DNA from: Eledone cirrhosa
Taxonomy: Eukaryota
DNA length: 64,000 bases
Assembly: GCA_964016885.1 (NCBI GenBank)
Contig: OZ024741.1
Span: 264,182,001-264,246,000 of the forward strand
Direction: 5' to 3'
The notes beneath the pieces were generated by a model. The model had not been told where the DNA came from. It did not search any database and was given only the letters and a program-made list of their open reading frames with translations. Made by a program: the position numbers and the translations under genes. Below, in pieces: positions 35,701 through 47,526 of the stretch. The first letter of the stretch is position 1; each line of letters opens with the position of its first letter.

Positions 35701-36129
35701 GTCAGCCGGGCATGTCCGAGATGCGCGCAGGGCGACGAAACCGTCCTGCATGCACTCGTCCAGTGTCCGAAAATTGCTGACTTGTGGGTTTATGTCGAAC
35801 ACCTGCTGTCGCGTTTAGGACGGATCCAGCTATCATCTGAGTCCATCGTGAGGATTGCCCCGCCCTCCTCCTTTAGCCGGGAAGGGCAGGCAGTTTTTAT
35901 CTGTCTGGTGGCCATGGCGAAAGAGATAGTATGGTGGACACGTTTGAAAGGGCTGAAGACGAGCACTTACCTCTTCGGTGATGCTCTGATTGACTTTTTC
36001 AAATTTCATTTGAAAAGGAAAATCAGAGTAGAGAGGGAAGTGCTCTCTTCCCAGCATTTTGTTGAAAGATGGGTGAGAGAAGCAAGAATGGCCCGAGTGA
36101 ATGGGCCGACTCTGAGTATATATCTGTAA
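32710..36129 (+). CDS. C2 ORF2: APE-RT-CCHC, 1139 aa
   Basis: Same motifs as C1, with a private Leu>Pro (AVAPLRK). Confidence 0.96.
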   Translation: MTSLRIGSINARGLGSSWKQGHLLNDLRSLNIDVVAISETRISEARAFAPIFGGYDVYASPSRPGSGGGVAVLFRRGLDLAIRAIFLDPEGKLVVLDVTSGDGQAFRLVAVYAPTGAGRPDFFRRLETFLGTSRSLVLVGDWNGILDARWDCVGLADRGGGCKSLTNLLRRFELSDRYRLDFPNVPMWTWTNRIGSSRSYLDRVFCREIDRSSIGCPQFKIVSYTDHKFVICVLDLDRLHKRGPGYWKLNASLPARKAYRDRISELVKRALTGAIVNNKWWFALKRAIRIESIRFSKALAIEKNRAEGELVRKLDEALSKGIATDVLAAKLALDQFFNAKHEGCVVRARVRALRHEGTKAVQWARVAEARRGNKATIRSLVDHDGRMLLDPGQMCEAFQRHFAQLFGGSGGPGRGMDFSVYLDGLPRLSATEAKCCEKPITAAEVREAMTGCTRGKSPGLDGLPYELYVQMPDLFGGLLADVYCNWQQNGRIPSSVSRGAVAPLRKDPNKGDNIDNFRPITLLNTEFKILAKVLAKRLALVVGGLVGEAQTCAIPDRSIHDNLHLMRYIVERVAREPGTGGSLINLDQSKAFDRVDHRYLAAVLRAAGFGPVFRGWIAAMHSDICSVVRVNGHLSEPFNIMRSVRQGCPLSSLLYVLTLEPLLHKLETLRGVPRELGCGRSVSAYADDVTVVVSNAKHIEAIGTTLREYEAVTGAMINQEKSVGLQLGTWRGRSMPSNSVVGRWTDGPVKLLGVWFGPDLQTDKNWDEVTSRVASLTQKWAERKLSLKGRAEVANAYIASVICYRLTIVPCPKPRLTALERLLFRFLWKGRAPMVRRSICCQHPLRGGLGMPWLMMRRHALRLRHLHLFLDGDQVWSPFARRVFPQLVSLTELQSWVKRRPRGSAWRLECLQALTALDQSGNVIGGNSTSAFYRGLVEGKSDDVLGETLGVDENQLANLFGRTFGPGPMDNFQKSLAWQCYRGALPVRDKLYRHGGAVSRACPRCAQGDETVLHALVQCPKIADLWVYVEHLLSRLGRIQLSSESIVRIAPPSSFSREGQAVFICLVAMAKEIVWWTRLKGLKTSTYLFGDALIDFFKFHLKRKIRVEREVLSSQHFVERWVREARMARVNGPTLSIYL

Positions 36130-36389
36130 ACTAAAGGTGGAAAACTGGGAGAGGGCACTTGCCTTGGTGGTCAGGGTCATTGTGGCTTTTTACTGGGCTT
36201 TCTCCACAAATGTCCCTCCGAAGTCTCCCCCCTATTGGGGAATTTTTCATTGTTATTTTCATTGTTATTTTTGTTACATCCTCTGTTTTTGTTTTTTTAC
36301 ACGCAGAAATGCCCATTTGTACCGTCCTGCATTGTCCTGCACTGTCCTTAATGTCTACTTTATGTAAACCCTTGTGGTTAATAAAGAAA

Positions 36390-36433
<44 letters not shown>

Positions 36434-36647
36434 GAATGCCATGGTTGACGGAGGCTCGGCTCTGTAAGGTATAGTAATTTTTAACCGTTAACACAATTGT
36501 AAATTGTTTAAAACTTGAACCAAATTGTTGATAAAGACACCCTCCTCCTCGTGAGAGGGGTCTTTCTGTCCGTTATTTGGCCCTTCGGAGTTAAATAACC
36601 AGTTATTGGGGTTTTGTACCCAATATTCATTTAAAAAAAAAAACAAC

Positions 36648-38750
36648 ATGGCTACGAAAAAGAAATTTCATACGTCACTCCCACTCATTCCGTTTTCTTC
36701 TTCCTCAATCATCACTACAGCAGAGAGAAGATTGTCTCTCTCCCTCCCTTCTTTAAATGTGTCTCTCTCCCTCCCTTCGCTTTCGCAAGTGACGAAAGAA
36801 AAGAAAAGTCTCGTGCAAAGCGTGCAAGGTTTCTCCACGACGACGACGACAGCGACGAAACAGGTGTGCGGGAAATACGAAAACCCAGTTCATTCGTCTG
36901 ACGTCAGGAATAATAGCAGTAGCAGCCGTAATAACAACAGCAACAGTGACAATGAAAACAACAGTAGCAGCCGCAACAGCATCACCAGCAGCATAAACAA
37001 CAACAGCATTAGCAGCAGCAACACCAACAACAACCACAGCAACAGCGGCGGAGGCAGTAGTCGTAGTACCTGCAGCAACAACAAAAGTACCAGCAGCTCT
37101 GACGACAACAACAACAGCAGCAGCAGAGAAAAACCAATCTCATTTGCAGGTATTGCGAAAAACTTGGAAACAATCCTCATAACAAATGAGGAATTAGAGG
37201 AAGCGAAGAAGATGGTGACAAAGAATGGACACCGAGCAATCTGCAAGGCAGCGGAAAAATTTTCCGACACCCAAGAGCACTGTACGGTCACGTACCGTAC
37301 AGTAAGTACAAAATCCCGTAGGGTGGAAAGAGCCACAGAGGCCCAAATACAAAAAGCCTTGGGGTCTGTGTGGCAGCGGAAAACGCACATCACCCGAGGC
37401 AAAAAATATGCCACCGTAGATGTACTTTTTGCCACACCCCAGGAGGCAAAGGCCCAATCAGTAGTGACCCTAAGGAGCGAGGAAATGGTGTTGGTGCCCT
37501 CCTACTGCGGGCAAAAAATTGTGAGGGTCAAACTGAACCACGTCCCCCCCGGAATGGCCCCTTCTTGGCTGGCCGCGTCTGTCCTCGTCGGAATCGAGGA
37601 CAAAACAACTGTACTGCAAGTACAGAAAAAAGTAAGAGAAGATTGGGTAGGCACCTCCATTGAGATGCTAATCCAAACCAACCAGGAGTGCATCGAAGCT
37701 ATCCCGGATGTGATAGACTTCGATAACGGCACTCAACTGCCCATAAGTGTTGAGGGCAAACGCCCGAAATGCTTTCGCTGTGGATCGAAGACTCACCTCA
37801 GGGCCTTCTGCAACGAGAAGACCCTGAGAAAGGAGAAAACCCCCCTCCTTCCGAATCCGGCTCCACGGCTACCAGCAACAGGACAAGCGGCAACCAGGAA
37901 CGATAGGTCCGTGGCACCCATACCCACTCCACGGAAATCAAAAACAGCAGCAGCAGTGGAAATATTAACAACAACAGCAGCAATACCAAATGCAGCTGCA
38001 ACAGAGACTCCAGTGCAAACATCACCAACAACAACAAGTGAAAGAGTGGAGCTGGTACCCCTCCCCGACCTCACAGAATCAGACATGGAGTGTGAGGTGG
38101 GAGAGGGATGGCAAAAGGTCGTAAGAAGGCACAAACGCAGAAGCAGCGCATCGTCGCCTTTGAAAAGGGAGGAAAGAAATGAGAAAAGGGTAAAGTCTAC
38201 TGCAAAGAGACCCACAGCAGCAACACCACCAACACCATCACCACCCACACTAGCACCACCATCACCACCGGCGACAACCCCACCGCCAACAACACCTTCA
38301 ACACCACCACCACAAGCACCAACATCGCAAACACAACAACAAAACACAAACACCCAGGAACAACGACAAGAAAATAGCAGAACCACACCCCACCCCCAGA
38401 AAAACAAATGCACGACAATAAATACACACAACAAGAAACTAATGACTTACATAATTGAACACACAGACATTTCACAACAGGACTACATAATACCAGCACC
38501 AATCAAAACGCCAACCAACATAAGACTGCTAAAAATAGCACAGAAACAATACACAAACATTAAAACGAAATTCCCCAACGCAGTTGGTGATTTCAGGGAC
38601 CTAGGAGGATCCATCAATCGAAGAGTATATTCAGACATTCTCTTAGAAGAGCCGACGACCAGCCGAAGGGACGATTCAACGGTCCCTTCACCAGATGATC
38701 AAGTGAAAAGGGATGTAAAAACCATCCCTCCTCTACCAAAAATACGGTAA
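36648..38750 (+). CDS. C3 ORF1, 700 aa
   Basis: As C2 ORF1, with about a dozen amino-acid differences. Confidence 0.9.
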   Translation: MATKKKFHTSLPLIPFSSSSIITTAERRLSLSLPSLNVSLSLPSLSQVTKEKKSLVQSVQGFSTTTTTATKQVCGKYENPVHSSDVRNNSSSSRNNNSNSDNENNSSSRNSITSSINNNSISSSNTNNNHSNSGGGSSRSTCSNNKSTSSSDDNNNSSSREKPISFAGIAKNLETILITNEELEEAKKMVTKNGHRAICKAAEKFSDTQEHCTVTYRTVSTKSRRVERATEAQIQKALGSVWQRKTHITRGKKYATVDVLFATPQEAKAQSVVTLRSEEMVLVPSYCGQKIVRVKLNHVPPGMAPSWLAASVLVGIEDKTTVLQVQKKVREDWVGTSIEMLIQTNQECIEAIPDVIDFDNGTQLPISVEGKRPKCFRCGSKTHLRAFCNEKTLRKEKTPLLPNPAPRLPATGQAATRNDRSVAPIPTPRKSKTAAAVEILTTTAAIPNAAATETPVQTSPTTTSERVELVPLPDLTESDMECEVGEGWQKVVRRHKRRSSASSPLKREERNEKRVKSTAKRPTAATPPTPSPPTLAPPSPPATTPPPTTPSTPPPQAPTSQTQQQNTNTQEQRQENSRTTPHPQKNKCTTINTHNKKLMTYIIEHTDISQQDYIIPAPIKTPTNIRLLKIAQKQYTNIKTKFPNAVGDFRDLGGSINRRVYSDILLEEPTTSRRDDSTVPSPDDQVKRDVKTIPPLPKIR

Positions 38751-38785
38751 GTGGTCTTTCCCATCTTTTCCACTCTATTTTAAAC

Positions 38786-41700
38786 ATGACCTCACTCAGA
38801 ATAGGCAGCATAAATGCGCGTGGCTTGGGGTCGTCATGGAAGCAGGGTCACCTGCTCAACGACCTCAGGTCACTAAACATAGATGTAGTGGCCATCAGCG
38901 AGACCAGAATCTCCGAAGCACGGGCCTTCGCACCGATCTTCGGCGGCTACGATGTGTACGCATCTCCCAGCCGTCCTGGATCGGGTGGAGGAGTTGCTGT
39001 GCTTTTTCGGAGAGGTTTGGATCTCGCCATACGGGCCATCTTCCTGGACCCAGAGGGTAAGCTGGTGGTGCTGGACGTGACCAGCGGAGACGGGCAAGCT
39101 TTCAGGCTAGTGGCCGTCTATGCCCCGACAGGAGCAGGGCGGCCTGATTTCTTCCGGCGTCTGGAGACCTTTCTTGGAACGTCCCGCTCTTTAGTGTTAG
39201 TGGGCGACTGGAACGGGATCTTAGATGCACGCTGGGACTGTGTGGGATTAGCGGATAGGGGTGGAGGGTGCAAGAGCCTCACCAACCTGCTCAGGCGTTT
39301 TGAACTGTCTGACAGGTACCGATTGGATTTCCCGAATGTGCCAATGTGGACTTGGACAAACCGCATAGGGTCATCCAGATCATATCTAGATAGAGTATTT
39401 TGTAGGGAAATAGATAGGTCTAGCATAGGCTGTCCACAATTCAAGATAGTCAGCTACACGGACCACAAATTCGTGATCTGTGTGCTTGACTTAGATAGGC
39501 TTCATAGACGAGGACCCGGCTACTGGAAGCTAAACGCGTCCTTACCAGCGCGCAAGGCCTACAGAGACCGGATTAGCGAACTAGTTAAGCGGGCGTTGAC
39601 GGGGGCCATCGTCAACAACAAGTGGTGGTTTGCTCTGAAAAGAGCGATTAGAATAGAATCGATTAGGTTTAGTAAGGCTTTAGCAATAGAGAAAAATAGA
39701 GCAGAGGGAGAACTAGTTAGAAAATTAGACGAGGCGCTTAGCAAAGGCATTGCGACCGACGTGCTTGCGGCGAAATTGGCCCTTGACCAATTCTTCAATG
39801 CAAAGCACGAAGGCTGCGTTGTCAGAGCTAGGGTGCGTGCTCTCAGACACGAGGGGACGAAAGCCGTTCAATGGGCCCGAGTGGCGGAGGCGCGTCGTGG
39901 CAACAAAGCCACGATCCGGTCTTTGGTGGACCACGACGGGCGCATGCTACTCGATCCCGGGCAAATGTGTGAAGCTTTTCAGCGACACTTCGCTCAGCTG
40001 TTCGGGGGCAGCGGGGGGCCGGGTAGAGGGATGGACTTTAGTGTCTACCTCGACGGGCTGCCGCGGCTCTCGGCCACTGAGGCGAGGTGTTGCGAAAAGC
40101 CGATAACAGCCGCTGAAGTACGGGAGGCAATGACTGGCTGCACAAGGGGTAAATCGCCTGGTTTGGATGGTCTGCCCTATGAACTTTACGTACAGATGCC
40201 AGACTTGTTCGGAGGCCTCTTGGCGGACGTCTACTGCAACTGGCAACAGAACGGGAGAATTCCCAGTTCTGTGAGCCGAGGAGCGGTGGCACTGCTGAGA
40301 AAGGATCCGAACAAGGGGGATAACATAGACAATTTCCGGCCCATAACTCTGCTAAACACAGAGTTTAAGATTTTGGCCAAGGTGCTAGCAAAGAGGTTGG
40401 CGCTTGTCGTTGGTGGTCTGGTGGGAGAGGCGCAGACATGCGCCATTCCCGACAGATCCATCCACGACAACCTCCACCTCATGCGATACATCGTAGAGAG
40501 GGTAGCTAGGGAACCTGGCACGGGTGGGTCCTTGATCAATTTAGATCAGTCGAAAGCTTTCGATAGGGTCGACCATCGTTACCTAGCGGCAGTCCTGAGG
40601 GCGGCTGGCTTTGGGCCCGTCTTCAGAGGCTGGATCGCTGCCATGCACAGCGACATCTGCTCTGTGGTGAGAGTGAACGGTCACCTGTCGGAACCGTTCA
40701 ACATCATGCGCTCGGTCCGCCAAGGATGTCCCCTCTCGTCCCTCTTGTACGTATTGACTCTCGAGCCATTACTGCACAAACTGGAGACGTTGAGGGGAGT
40801 CCCGCGCGAACTAGGATGCGGAAGATCCGTGTCAGCATATGCGGACGATGTCACCGTAGTGGTGTCGAACGCCAAACACATCGAGGCGATCGGCACTACA
40901 CTAAGAGAATACGAAGCGGTGACAGGAGCAATGATCAACCAGGAAAAGTCAGTGGGCCTGCAGCTCGGCACCTGGAGAGGCAGGTCCATGCCGTCCAACA
41001 GCGTCGTCGGGCGCTGGACGGACGGACCGGTTAAATTGCTAGGGGTCTGGTTCGGTCCGGACCTCCAGACGGACAAAAACTGGGACGAGGTGACGAGCAG
41101 GGTGGCTTCTCTCACCCAGAAATGGGCGGAGAGGAAGCTATCCCTGAAAGGTCGAGCGGAGGTGGCTAACGCGTACATCGCGTCTGTCATCTGCTACCGC
41201 CTAACCGTCGTACCTTGTCCTAAGCCTCGCCTGACTGCGCTGGAGCGTTTGCTCTTTCGCTTTTTGTGGAAGGGACGTGCTCCGATGGTCAGGCGGTCCA
41301 TCTGTTGTCAACACCCGCTACGTGGAGGGCTGGGCATGCCGTGGCTGATGATGCGCAGGCACGCGCTCAGGCTACGACATCTCCACCTCTTCCTCGACGG
41401 TGATCAGGTGTGGTCGCCGTTTGCTAGACGCGTTTTTCCCCAGCTCGTTTCCTTGACGGAGCTGCAGTCCTGGGTCAAGCGAAGACCGAGAGGGAGCGCC
41501 TGGAGACTGGAATGTCTTCAGGCGCTCACAGCCCTCGACCAATCGGGCAATGTGATCGGTGGAAACTCCACCTCGGCGTTCTATAGAGGATTAGTGGAGG
41601 GGAAGAGCGACGACGTACTTGGGGAAACTCTAGGCGTCGACGAAAATCAACTAGCCAATCTCTTCGGAAGAACTTTCGGGCCAGGGCCTATGGACAACTT

Positions 41701-42205
41701 CCAGAAATCTCTGGCCTGGCAGTGCTACCGAGGAGCCTTGCCAGTTCGGGATAAACTCTACAGGCATGGAGGTGCCGTCAGCCGGGCATGTCCGAGATGC
41801 GCGCAGGGCGACGAAACCGTCCTGCACGCACTCGTCCAGTGTCCGAAAATTGCTGACTTGTGGGTTTATGTCGAACACCTGCTGTCGCGTTTAGGACGGA
41901 TCCAGCTATCATCTGAGTCTATCGTGAGGATTGCCCCGCCCTCCTCCTTTAGCCGGGAAGGGCAGGCAGTTTTTATCTGTCTGGTGGCCATGGCGAAAGA
42001 GATAGTATGGTGGACACGTTTGAAAGGGCTGAAGACGAGCACTTACCTCTTCGGTGATGCTCTGATTGACTTTTTCAAATTTCATTTGAAAAGGAAAATC
42101 AGAGTAGAGAAGGAAGTGCTCTCTTCCCAGCATTTTGTTGAAAGATGGGTGAGAGAAGCAAGAATGGCCCGAGTGAATGGGCCAACTCTGAGTATATATC
42201 TGTAA
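38786..42205 (+). CDS. C3 ORF2: APE-RT-CCHC, 1139 aa, intact
   Basis: All catalytic motifs present. Confidence 0.97.
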   Translation: MTSLRIGSINARGLGSSWKQGHLLNDLRSLNIDVVAISETRISEARAFAPIFGGYDVYASPSRPGSGGGVAVLFRRGLDLAIRAIFLDPEGKLVVLDVTSGDGQAFRLVAVYAPTGAGRPDFFRRLETFLGTSRSLVLVGDWNGILDARWDCVGLADRGGGCKSLTNLLRRFELSDRYRLDFPNVPMWTWTNRIGSSRSYLDRVFCREIDRSSIGCPQFKIVSYTDHKFVICVLDLDRLHRRGPGYWKLNASLPARKAYRDRISELVKRALTGAIVNNKWWFALKRAIRIESIRFSKALAIEKNRAEGELVRKLDEALSKGIATDVLAAKLALDQFFNAKHEGCVVRARVRALRHEGTKAVQWARVAEARRGNKATIRSLVDHDGRMLLDPGQMCEAFQRHFAQLFGGSGGPGRGMDFSVYLDGLPRLSATEARCCEKPITAAEVREAMTGCTRGKSPGLDGLPYELYVQMPDLFGGLLADVYCNWQQNGRIPSSVSRGAVALLRKDPNKGDNIDNFRPITLLNTEFKILAKVLAKRLALVVGGLVGEAQTCAIPDRSIHDNLHLMRYIVERVAREPGTGGSLINLDQSKAFDRVDHRYLAAVLRAAGFGPVFRGWIAAMHSDICSVVRVNGHLSEPFNIMRSVRQGCPLSSLLYVLTLEPLLHKLETLRGVPRELGCGRSVSAYADDVTVVVSNAKHIEAIGTTLREYEAVTGAMINQEKSVGLQLGTWRGRSMPSNSVVGRWTDGPVKLLGVWFGPDLQTDKNWDEVTSRVASLTQKWAERKLSLKGRAEVANAYIASVICYRLTVVPCPKPRLTALERLLFRFLWKGRAPMVRRSICCQHPLRGGLGMPWLMMRRHALRLRHLHLFLDGDQVWSPFARRVFPQLVSLTELQSWVKRRPRGSAWRLECLQALTALDQSGNVIGGNSTSAFYRGLVEGKSDDVLGETLGVDENQLANLFGRTFGPGPMDNFQKSLAWQCYRGALPVRDKLYRHGGAVSRACPRCAQGDETVLHALVQCPKIADLWVYVEHLLSRLGRIQLSSESIVRIAPPSSFSREGQAVFICLVAMAKEIVWWTRLKGLKTSTYLFGDALIDFFKFHLKRKIRVEKEVLSSQHFVERWVREARMARVNGPTLSIYL

Positions 42206-42465
42206 ACTAAAGGTGGAAAACTGGGAGAGGGCACTTGCCTTGGTGGTCAGGGTCATTGTGGCTTTTTACTGGGCTTTCTCCACAAATGTCCCTCCGAAGT
42301 CTCCCCCCTATTGGGGAATTTTTCATTGTTATTTTCATTGTTATTTTTGTTACATCCTCTGTTTTTGTTTTTTTACACGCAGAAATGCCCATTTGTACCG
42401 TCCTGCATTGTCCTGCACTGTCCTTAATGTCTACTTTATGTAAACCCTTGTGGTTAATAAAGAAA

Positions 42466-42514
<49 letters not shown>

Positions 42515-42734
42515 CATTGTTGTTGGTGAAGCCACGCTTCTTATCGCCTCCAGTCTTTTTCAACGTTTTACCTCTTTTTCAACCGTTCTAAACCTTTTAT
42601 TCAAGTTTTAAATTTGATAAAAGTTTAGAAGTAACCCACCTAATACAGGGGTTCACTAGTAAATAATACGGCACCCCTTTACGGGGTGTCGTATTCGTAT
42701 TTGTGTAAAAATATTTTTTTTGAAAAATGTCAAC

Positions 42735-44784
42735 ATGGATAACACAAAGAGAAAGAGAGCCCAGTCAGACAACAGAGAGAGAGGGAGACTTCATCAGCAT
42801 GTCAACAAGACAGCGTTCCAGCGGAGGTAAATATAAACGAAAATATTACAAACGAAAAAAAGATTGTTACAGATTTAAAATTACCAAATATTTCTAACAC
42901 AAACAACACCAACAATAACACCAACAACATCACCAACAATAACACCAAACATAACCACGGTAAAGTCGAAAACGACAATAACAAAAATAACAGCGGTAAA
43001 GTCGAGAACGACAAAAACAAAAATAACAGCGGTAAGGTTGAGAACGACAATAACAATGACAATAACAACAGCCACAACAACAATAATAGTAGGAACAGTA
43101 TCAACAAAAACAACAATAATAACAACAGCCACAATAACAGTAACAGCAGCAACAGTATCAACGAAAACAACACCAACAACTGTACCAGCGAAAAGAACAA
43201 CAATGACACCGATACCTGTAATAGCGACCTCAGCACCACCAGTAAGACCAGTAGCGGCAGCAATAGTGGTGCTGCTGAAAAAGGGACCACTTCTTTTGCA
43301 GGTGTCGCCCGAAATATCGAGACAGTGTTAGTCACAGAGGAGGAGATGGCAGTCGCAATGGCCATGGTGACAAGAAGCGCAAATAGAGTTTTCCTGAAAC
43401 CTCCACCAGATTTTTTCAAGGACCAGCAGCTACGGACGGTGACTTACCGCACCGTAAGCAAAATCTCACATCGAGTGGAGAGAGCCACGGGGGCACAAAT
43501 CCAAAAGGCCTTGGGGTGCGTCTGGGCACGCAAAACCCACATCACCCGAGGCAGAAAGTACGCCACAGTAGACGTACTTTTCGCCCCCCCCCCCCAGGAA
43601 GCAAAGTCTCACTCTTTGGAAACCCTAAAGAGTGAGGAGTTAGTCTTGGTGCCCTCCTACCGCGGGCAGAAAATTGTGAGGGTCAAAATGACCCAGGTCC
43701 CACCCGACGTGCCCATACCTTGGCTGGCCGCGTCTGTCCTTGCTGGAATTGAGAATAAGGCGACCATGCTGCAAGTAGAAAAAATAGGGAGAGAGAACTA
43801 GTCAGGTATAGGCATGCAAATGCTTATACAAACTGACCAGGAATGTATCGAGGCTATCCCCGATATCATAGACTTCGAGGAAGGACTCCAACTCCCTATA
43901 AGTGTAGAAGGAAGACGGCCAAAATGTTATCTCTGTGGGTCGAAAGGTCACCTCAGGGCCTTTTGCCCGCAGAAGACACTTAAGAGGGTCCCTCTCCTTC
44001 CAATACCTGGTCCGATGCTACCAAGAGCAGGACAGGCAACAAACGAAGAAGCCCTTCCACGGCGAGTAGGAGGGCAACGTCCGTAGCACCCGTACCAAGG
44101 CCACGGATAACTAAAGCAGCATCATCAGTAGCGGCAACACCAATAGCTACATTTGAAATAGCTACACCAGCAACAAAATTGCCGAAGAGGGCTCCACTAC
44201 CACCACCAACAGCCGTGGAGCACATACCCCTCCCAGATGCCACAGAATCCGACATGGAGTTTGAGGCGGGAGTGACGTGGCAAACAGTCTGCCACAAAAA
44301 ACAAAAAACAAAAAACCCTTAGATTCACCCTCCAAAAGCGAAGGCATACAAAGAGGGGGTAAAGGCAGCAAGGAAACTTGCAGCAACACCACCACAAACA
44401 CCAACAACGCAAACACAACAAAACACACACACCAAACAGCAATAAGAAGAAAACGGCAACAAAATCACCCCTCCCCCCAAAAAGTACACAGCCATAAACA
44501 TAACAAAAAAAAAGAACTCATAAAATATATAAAGCAGCACACAGACATCACGGAAAAAAACTACTACACCCCCACCAACACCAAGAACTCTCCCGACAAA
44601 CATAAGCATCATCGAAATCTCAATAGAACAATACAAACCTTTAAAAAAAAAATTCCCCAACGCAGTTGGAGACTTCAGAGGGACGGTTACCAACAGGATA
44701 TACACTGACATCCTCTTGGAAACACCCATGGCCAGCCAAAGGGACGGTTCTACTGTCCCTTCACCACACGAACAAGGTAAGTGA
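42735..44784 (+). pseudogene. Unit D ORF1 remnant
   Basis: SFAGVARN, VTYRTVS, RVERAT, CYLCGSKGHLRAFC knuckle. Stops and frameshifts. Confidence 0.85.
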
Positions 44785-44816
44785 CCCTTTCTCATTTGCC
44801 CCGTTTCTCATCCAAC

Positions 44817-47344
44817 ATGGATGTACTCAGAATAGGCAGTATAAATGCACGTGGCCTGGGGTCATCTTGGAAGCAGGGTCACCTGCTCAATGACCTCAGG
44901 TCACTAAACATAGATGTGGTGGCCATCAGTAAAACCAGAATCTCTGAGGCACGGGCCTTCGCACCGATCTTCGGTGGCTACGATGTATACGCACCTCTCA
45001 GCCATCCAGGATCGGGGAGAGGGGTTGCCGTTCTTTTTCGGAGAGGCTTAGATCTCGCGATACGGGCCATCTTCCTGGACCCAGAAGGTAAGTCGGTGGT
45101 GCTGGACGTGACCGGCAGCGAAGGCAATGCTTTCAGGCTAGTGGCCGTCTATGCCCCAACAGGGGTAGGACGGCCAGATTTCTTCAGATGTCTAGAGACC
45201 TTTCTTGGAACGTCCCGCTCTTTAGTGTTAGTGGGCGACTGGAACGGTATCTTGGATGTACGCTGGGATCGTGTGGGGCTAGTGGATAGGGGAGGAGGGT
45301 GCAAGAGCCTCACCAACCTGCTCAGACGTTTTGAACTGTCTGACAGGTATCGACTGGATCACCCGAATGTGCCAATGTGGACATGGACAAACCGCATCGG
45401 GTCATCCAGATCGTATCTAGATAGGGTATTCTGCAGGGAACTAGATAAGGCTAGTATAAATTGTCCACAATTTAAAATAGTCGACTACACAGACCACAAA
45501 TTTGTGATCTGTGAGATCGACATAGACAGACTTCATAGACAAGGGCCTGGTTACTGGAAGCTGAACGCGTCTTTCCCGGCGCGCAAGGATTACAGAGACC
45601 GGATTAGCGTATTAGTTAAGTGGGCGTTGACGGGAGCGGTCGTCAACAACAGGTGGTGGTTCGCCCTGAAAAGGGCAATTAAAGTAGAGTCGATTAATTT
45701 AGCAAAGGAGTAGTGATAGAGGAAAATAGAGTAGAGGGATAGCTAGTCAGAAAGCTAGAAGAGGCGTTTAGGACAGGCATCGCAACCGACGTGCTTGCGT
45801 CAAGATTGGCACTCGACCAATTCTTCAACGCAAAACACGAAGGCTGCGTTGTCAGAGCTAGAGCGCGTGCTCTGAAACACGAGGGGACAACAGCCGTCCA
45901 ATGGCCCCGGGTGGCAGAGGCGCGACGTGGCCACAAAGCCACAATTCGGTCTTTGTCTGACCAAAACGGGTGCGTGATGCTCGAACCCGAGCGGATGTGT
46001 GAAGCTTTTCAGCAGCACTTTGCTGAACTGTTCGGGAGCGGCGGCCCGGATCGGGGCATTGACTTCAGTGCATACCTCGACGGACTGCCTCGGCTCTCGA
46101 CGACCGCAGCACAGTGTTGCGAAAAGCCAATAACAGCCGGTGAAATACGGGAAGCGATGGTTAACTGCACAAGAGGTAAATCGCCAGGTTTAGATGGTCT
46201 GCCCTACGAGCTTTATGCATTTAGGCTAGACTTGTTCGGTGATCTCTTGGCAGACGTCTACTGCAACTGGCAGCAGAACGGGAGCATTCCCAGTTTTGTG
46301 AGCCGGGGAGCAGTGGCGCTGCTGAGAAAAGACCCGAACAAGGGAGATGTTTTTGATAATTTCAGGCCCATAACCCTGCTAAACACAGAGTTCAAGATTT
46401 TGGCCAAGGTGTTAGCAACAAGTTTGGCGCTTGTCGTCAAGGGTCTGGTGGGAGAGGCGCAGACATGCGCCATTCCGGACAGATCCATACACGACAACCT
46501 CCACCTCATGCGATACATCATAGAGAGGGTGGTTAAGGAACCTGGCAAGGGTGGGGCCCTGATCAACTTGGATCAATCCAAAGAATTCGATAGGGTTGAC
46601 CATTGGTACCTGGCGGCGGTCCTCGAGGCAGCCGGTTTCGGGCCCGTTTTCAGGCGTTGGATCGCAGCAATGTACAGCGACATCTGCTCAGTTGTGAGGG
46701 TGAACGGTTACCTGTCGCAGCCGTTCAGCATCATGCGCTAAGTCCGCCAGGGTTGTCCCTCTCGACCCTCTTGTACGTATTGGCTCTCGAGCTGTTACTG
46801 CACAAACTGGGGGCGATGAGGGGCGTCCCACGCGAACTAGGATGCGGGAAATCCGAGTCGGCTTACGCTGACGACTTCACCGTGGTGGTGTAGAGCACCA
46901 GACATGTCCAGATGCTCGGCACCGCTCTCAAGGAATACGAAGCGGTGACAGGAGCAAAGATAAACCAGGAAAAGTCCCTGGGCTTGCATCTAGGCACCTG
47001 GAGAGGCAAGTCCATGCCGTCCGACAGCGTCGTGGGGCGTTGGACGGACGGACCGGTTAAATTGCTCGGGGTCTGGTTCGGACCGGACCTCCAGATGGAT
47101 TAAAAATGGAACGAGGTGACGAGCAGGGTCGCCTCCCTCACCCAGAAATAGGCTGAGAGGAAGCTGTCCCTGAAAGGCCGGGCGGAAGTGGTGAATGCGT
47201 ACATCGCATCCGTTATCTGCTACCGCCTCACCGTCGTCCCTTGCTCCAGCCATACTCTCACCAAAATGGAGTGCCTCCTCTTCCGCTTTTTGTGGAAGGG
47301 ACGCGCTCTCATGGTCAGACGATCCATCTGCTGTCAACCCCCGT
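44817..47344 (+). pseudogene. Unit D ORF2 remnant
   Basis: APE and RT motifs with multiple stops. Ends at CCQ, after which ~880 bp (relative to unit A) are missing. Confidence 0.92.
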
Positions 47345-47526
47345 ATTAACTCTTATCATTAAAAATTGAGAGAGGGCTCTTGCCCTGATGGTCAGGGTGG
47401 CCGTGGTCTTTTGTGTGGTTTTCGCCACGAGTAACCCTCGGAGGTTTCCCCGCCCCCCATTGGGGAATTTTTCATTGTTTCAATTTTCATTTTATTGTTT
47501 ATATATATGTTTCTATGTCCTTTTTT

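Larger units (their letters stand above)
30358..36391 (+). mobile_element. Tx1-group LINE, unit C2: full length, both ORFs open
   Basis: Colinear near-identical copy of C1. Confidence 0.96.
36434..42467 (+). mobile_element. Tx1-group LINE, unit C3: full length, both ORFs open
   Basis: Colinear near-identical copy, flanked by (ATT)14 and (ATT)15. Confidence 0.96.
42528..47525 (+). mobile_element. Tx1-group LINE, unit D: decayed, 3' internal deletion
   Basis: Own 5' UTR, disrupted ORF1 and ORF2. 46800-47344 and the 3' UTR closely match unit A. Confidence 0.92.

Noticed and set aside
26511-42591. Many short antisense or alternate-frame ORFs repeated three times
   Set aside because: They recur only because C1-C3 are near-identical. 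No independent coding signal.
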